A DNA stretch of 64,000 nt. Source: Mytilus californianus. Its lineage: Eukaryota. The position numbers and the translations under genes were made by a program. The stretch covers positions 1,364,001 through 1,428,000 of the forward strand of contig NW_026262648.1 of assembly GCF_021869535.1 (NCBI RefSeq), read 5' to 3'. Under the pieces are notes generated by a model. The model was not told the origin of the DNA. It did not search any database and worked only from the letters and a program-made list of their open reading frames with translations. Positions 62,437-64,000 of the stretch are shown here, piece by piece; the stretch's first letter is position 1; each line of letters begins with the position of its first letter.

Positions 62437-63639
62437 GGGTAAGCATTCTTAAAGGCCGAAAATTTCGCTCGAAACATAAAAATAAAGCCAAATTCGATAA
62501 AATACGCGTTGGGGACACCCTTTTTCCGACCCATTGTCTCGGTTGTTCTTTATGGCTAGGGATTATAGACGCTGCCCTAATGAATAGCTATTGGATAGTA
62601 CTACAACGTGAGGACAAAGAATTTCTTGGGTAAGCATTCTGAAAGGCCGAAAATTTCGTCCGTAACACGGAAAAAAGTAAAATTTGATAAAATACGCATT
62701 GGGCACTTTCCAACCTATTGCCTTGGCAGTTCTGTATGGCTAGGGATTATAGACTCTGCTCTAATAAATAGCTATTGGATAGTACTACAGCGGGAGGGTA
62801 AAGAATTTCTGGGGTAAGCATTCTTAAAGGCCGAAAATTTCGCTCGAAACATAGAAATAAAGCCAAATTCGATAAAATACGCGTTGGGGACACCCTTTTT
62901 CCGACTCATTGTCTCGGTTGTTCTTTATGGCTAGGGATTATAGACGCTGCCCTAATGAATAGCTATTGGATAGTACTATAACGTGAGGATAAAGAATTTC
63001 TGGGGTAAGCATTCTGAAAGGCTCAAAACTTCGTCTGTAAGACGGAAAAAAGTCAAATTTGATAAAATACGCATTAGGCACTTTCCAACCTATTGCCTCG
63101 GCAGTTCTGTATGGCTAGGGATTATAGACTCTGCTCTAATAAATAGCTATTGGATAGTACTAGAGCGGGAGGGTAAAGAATTTCTGGGGTAAGCATTCTT
63201 AAAGGCCGAAAATTTCGCTCGAAACATAGAAATAAAGCCAAATTCGATAAAATACGCGTTGGGGACACCTTTTTTCCGACCCATTGTCTCGGTTGTTCTT
63301 TATGGCTAGGGATTATAGACACTGCCCTAATGAATAGCTATTGGATAGTACTACAACGTGAGGATAAAGAATGTCTGGGGTAAGCATTCTGAAAGGCCGA
63401 AAATTTCGTCCGTAACACGGAAAAAAGTCAAATTTGATAAAATACGCATTGGGCACTTTCCAACCTATTGCCTCGGCAGTTCTGTATGGCTAGGGATTAT
63501 AGACTCTGATCTAATAAATAGCTATTGGATAGTACTACAGCGGGAGGGTAAAGAATTTCTGGGGTAAGCATTCTTAAAGGCCAAAAATTTCGCTCGAAAC
63601 ATAGAAATAAAGCCAAATTCGATAAAATACGCGTTGGGG
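62436..63639 (+). repeat. Higher-order satellite: alternating 191-bp (A) and 184-bp (B) monomers, 375-bp dimer x3.2
   Basis: Monomer starts (G/T)GGGTAAGCATTC at 62436, 62627, 62811, 63002, 63186, 63377 and 63561. A-A and B-B copies are much more alike than A-B. Confidence 0.92.
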
Positions 63640-64000
63640 TCAACTGCAACGGAAGTAAAATTAATTTATGATTTTTTTGTTTGCCATACATTGATTACAA
63701 AAAATAAACCTACCATCTTATTTATATCAAGCGCAAGCCACTTACACAAAACATGCGTAATACACTCTTTCAGTTTTGTTTTAGGAGATATTTGCTATAA
63801 TACAGATAATATCAGTTGCTCATTTAATTTATACATATTGCTATTTTTTAGGAACTATTTTACAGGATGCCGAGAGTATGGAAGGCCATTTCACAGTATG
63901 ACTGCCAAAACATTGATCATTAAAAAGTTATTAGATAATACTACATTCAGATATTATAGATTGTTTGGCGTAAACATTCCTAAGATGCGAACATTCGAAT

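Noticed and set aside
62367-63691. Repeated ~69-aa ORFs in the satellite
   Set aside because: They use non-ATG or variable starts and are by-products of tandem repetition, with no domain-like features.

Overview
AT-rich eukaryotic genomic DNA with spliceosomal GT-AG introns. The repeat families look bivalve, probably Mytilus (inferred, not searched). I reconstructed three host genes by hand, with intron phases consistent throughout. (1) A 7-exon ZNF704/ZNF395-like gene with a C2H2 finger and C-clamp (4299-13488, 525 aa). (2) A 5-exon EndoU/XendoU ribonuclease with a predicted signal peptide (28938-36780, 284 aa). (3) A 2-exon divergent forkhead gene (39544-43441, 547 aa). The rest is densely nested mobile DNA. 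The most striking object is a composite-like DNA transposon at 55939-61536. It has two ~450-bp long terminal direct repeats (LTDRs), each with its own 24-bp inverted ends, and an ATAT target duplication. Inside, a His-Cys-box (I-PpoI-like) homing-endonuclease gene converges on a DDE transposase gene, and both are now broken. This matches the KolobokP architecture as I recall it from the literature, so the class is probably known. A second, apparently very young, non-coding element with the same design (two 452-bp LTDRs, TAAT duplication) lies at 20344-22541. Also present: several TTAA/GG..CC Kolobok-type elements, Helentron-associated (HINE-like) elements with internal tandem repeats, a decayed LINE, tRNA-derived SINEs, a ~1.05-kb tandem array that begins at a piggyBac-like terminus, and a 375-bp dimeric higher-order satellite.
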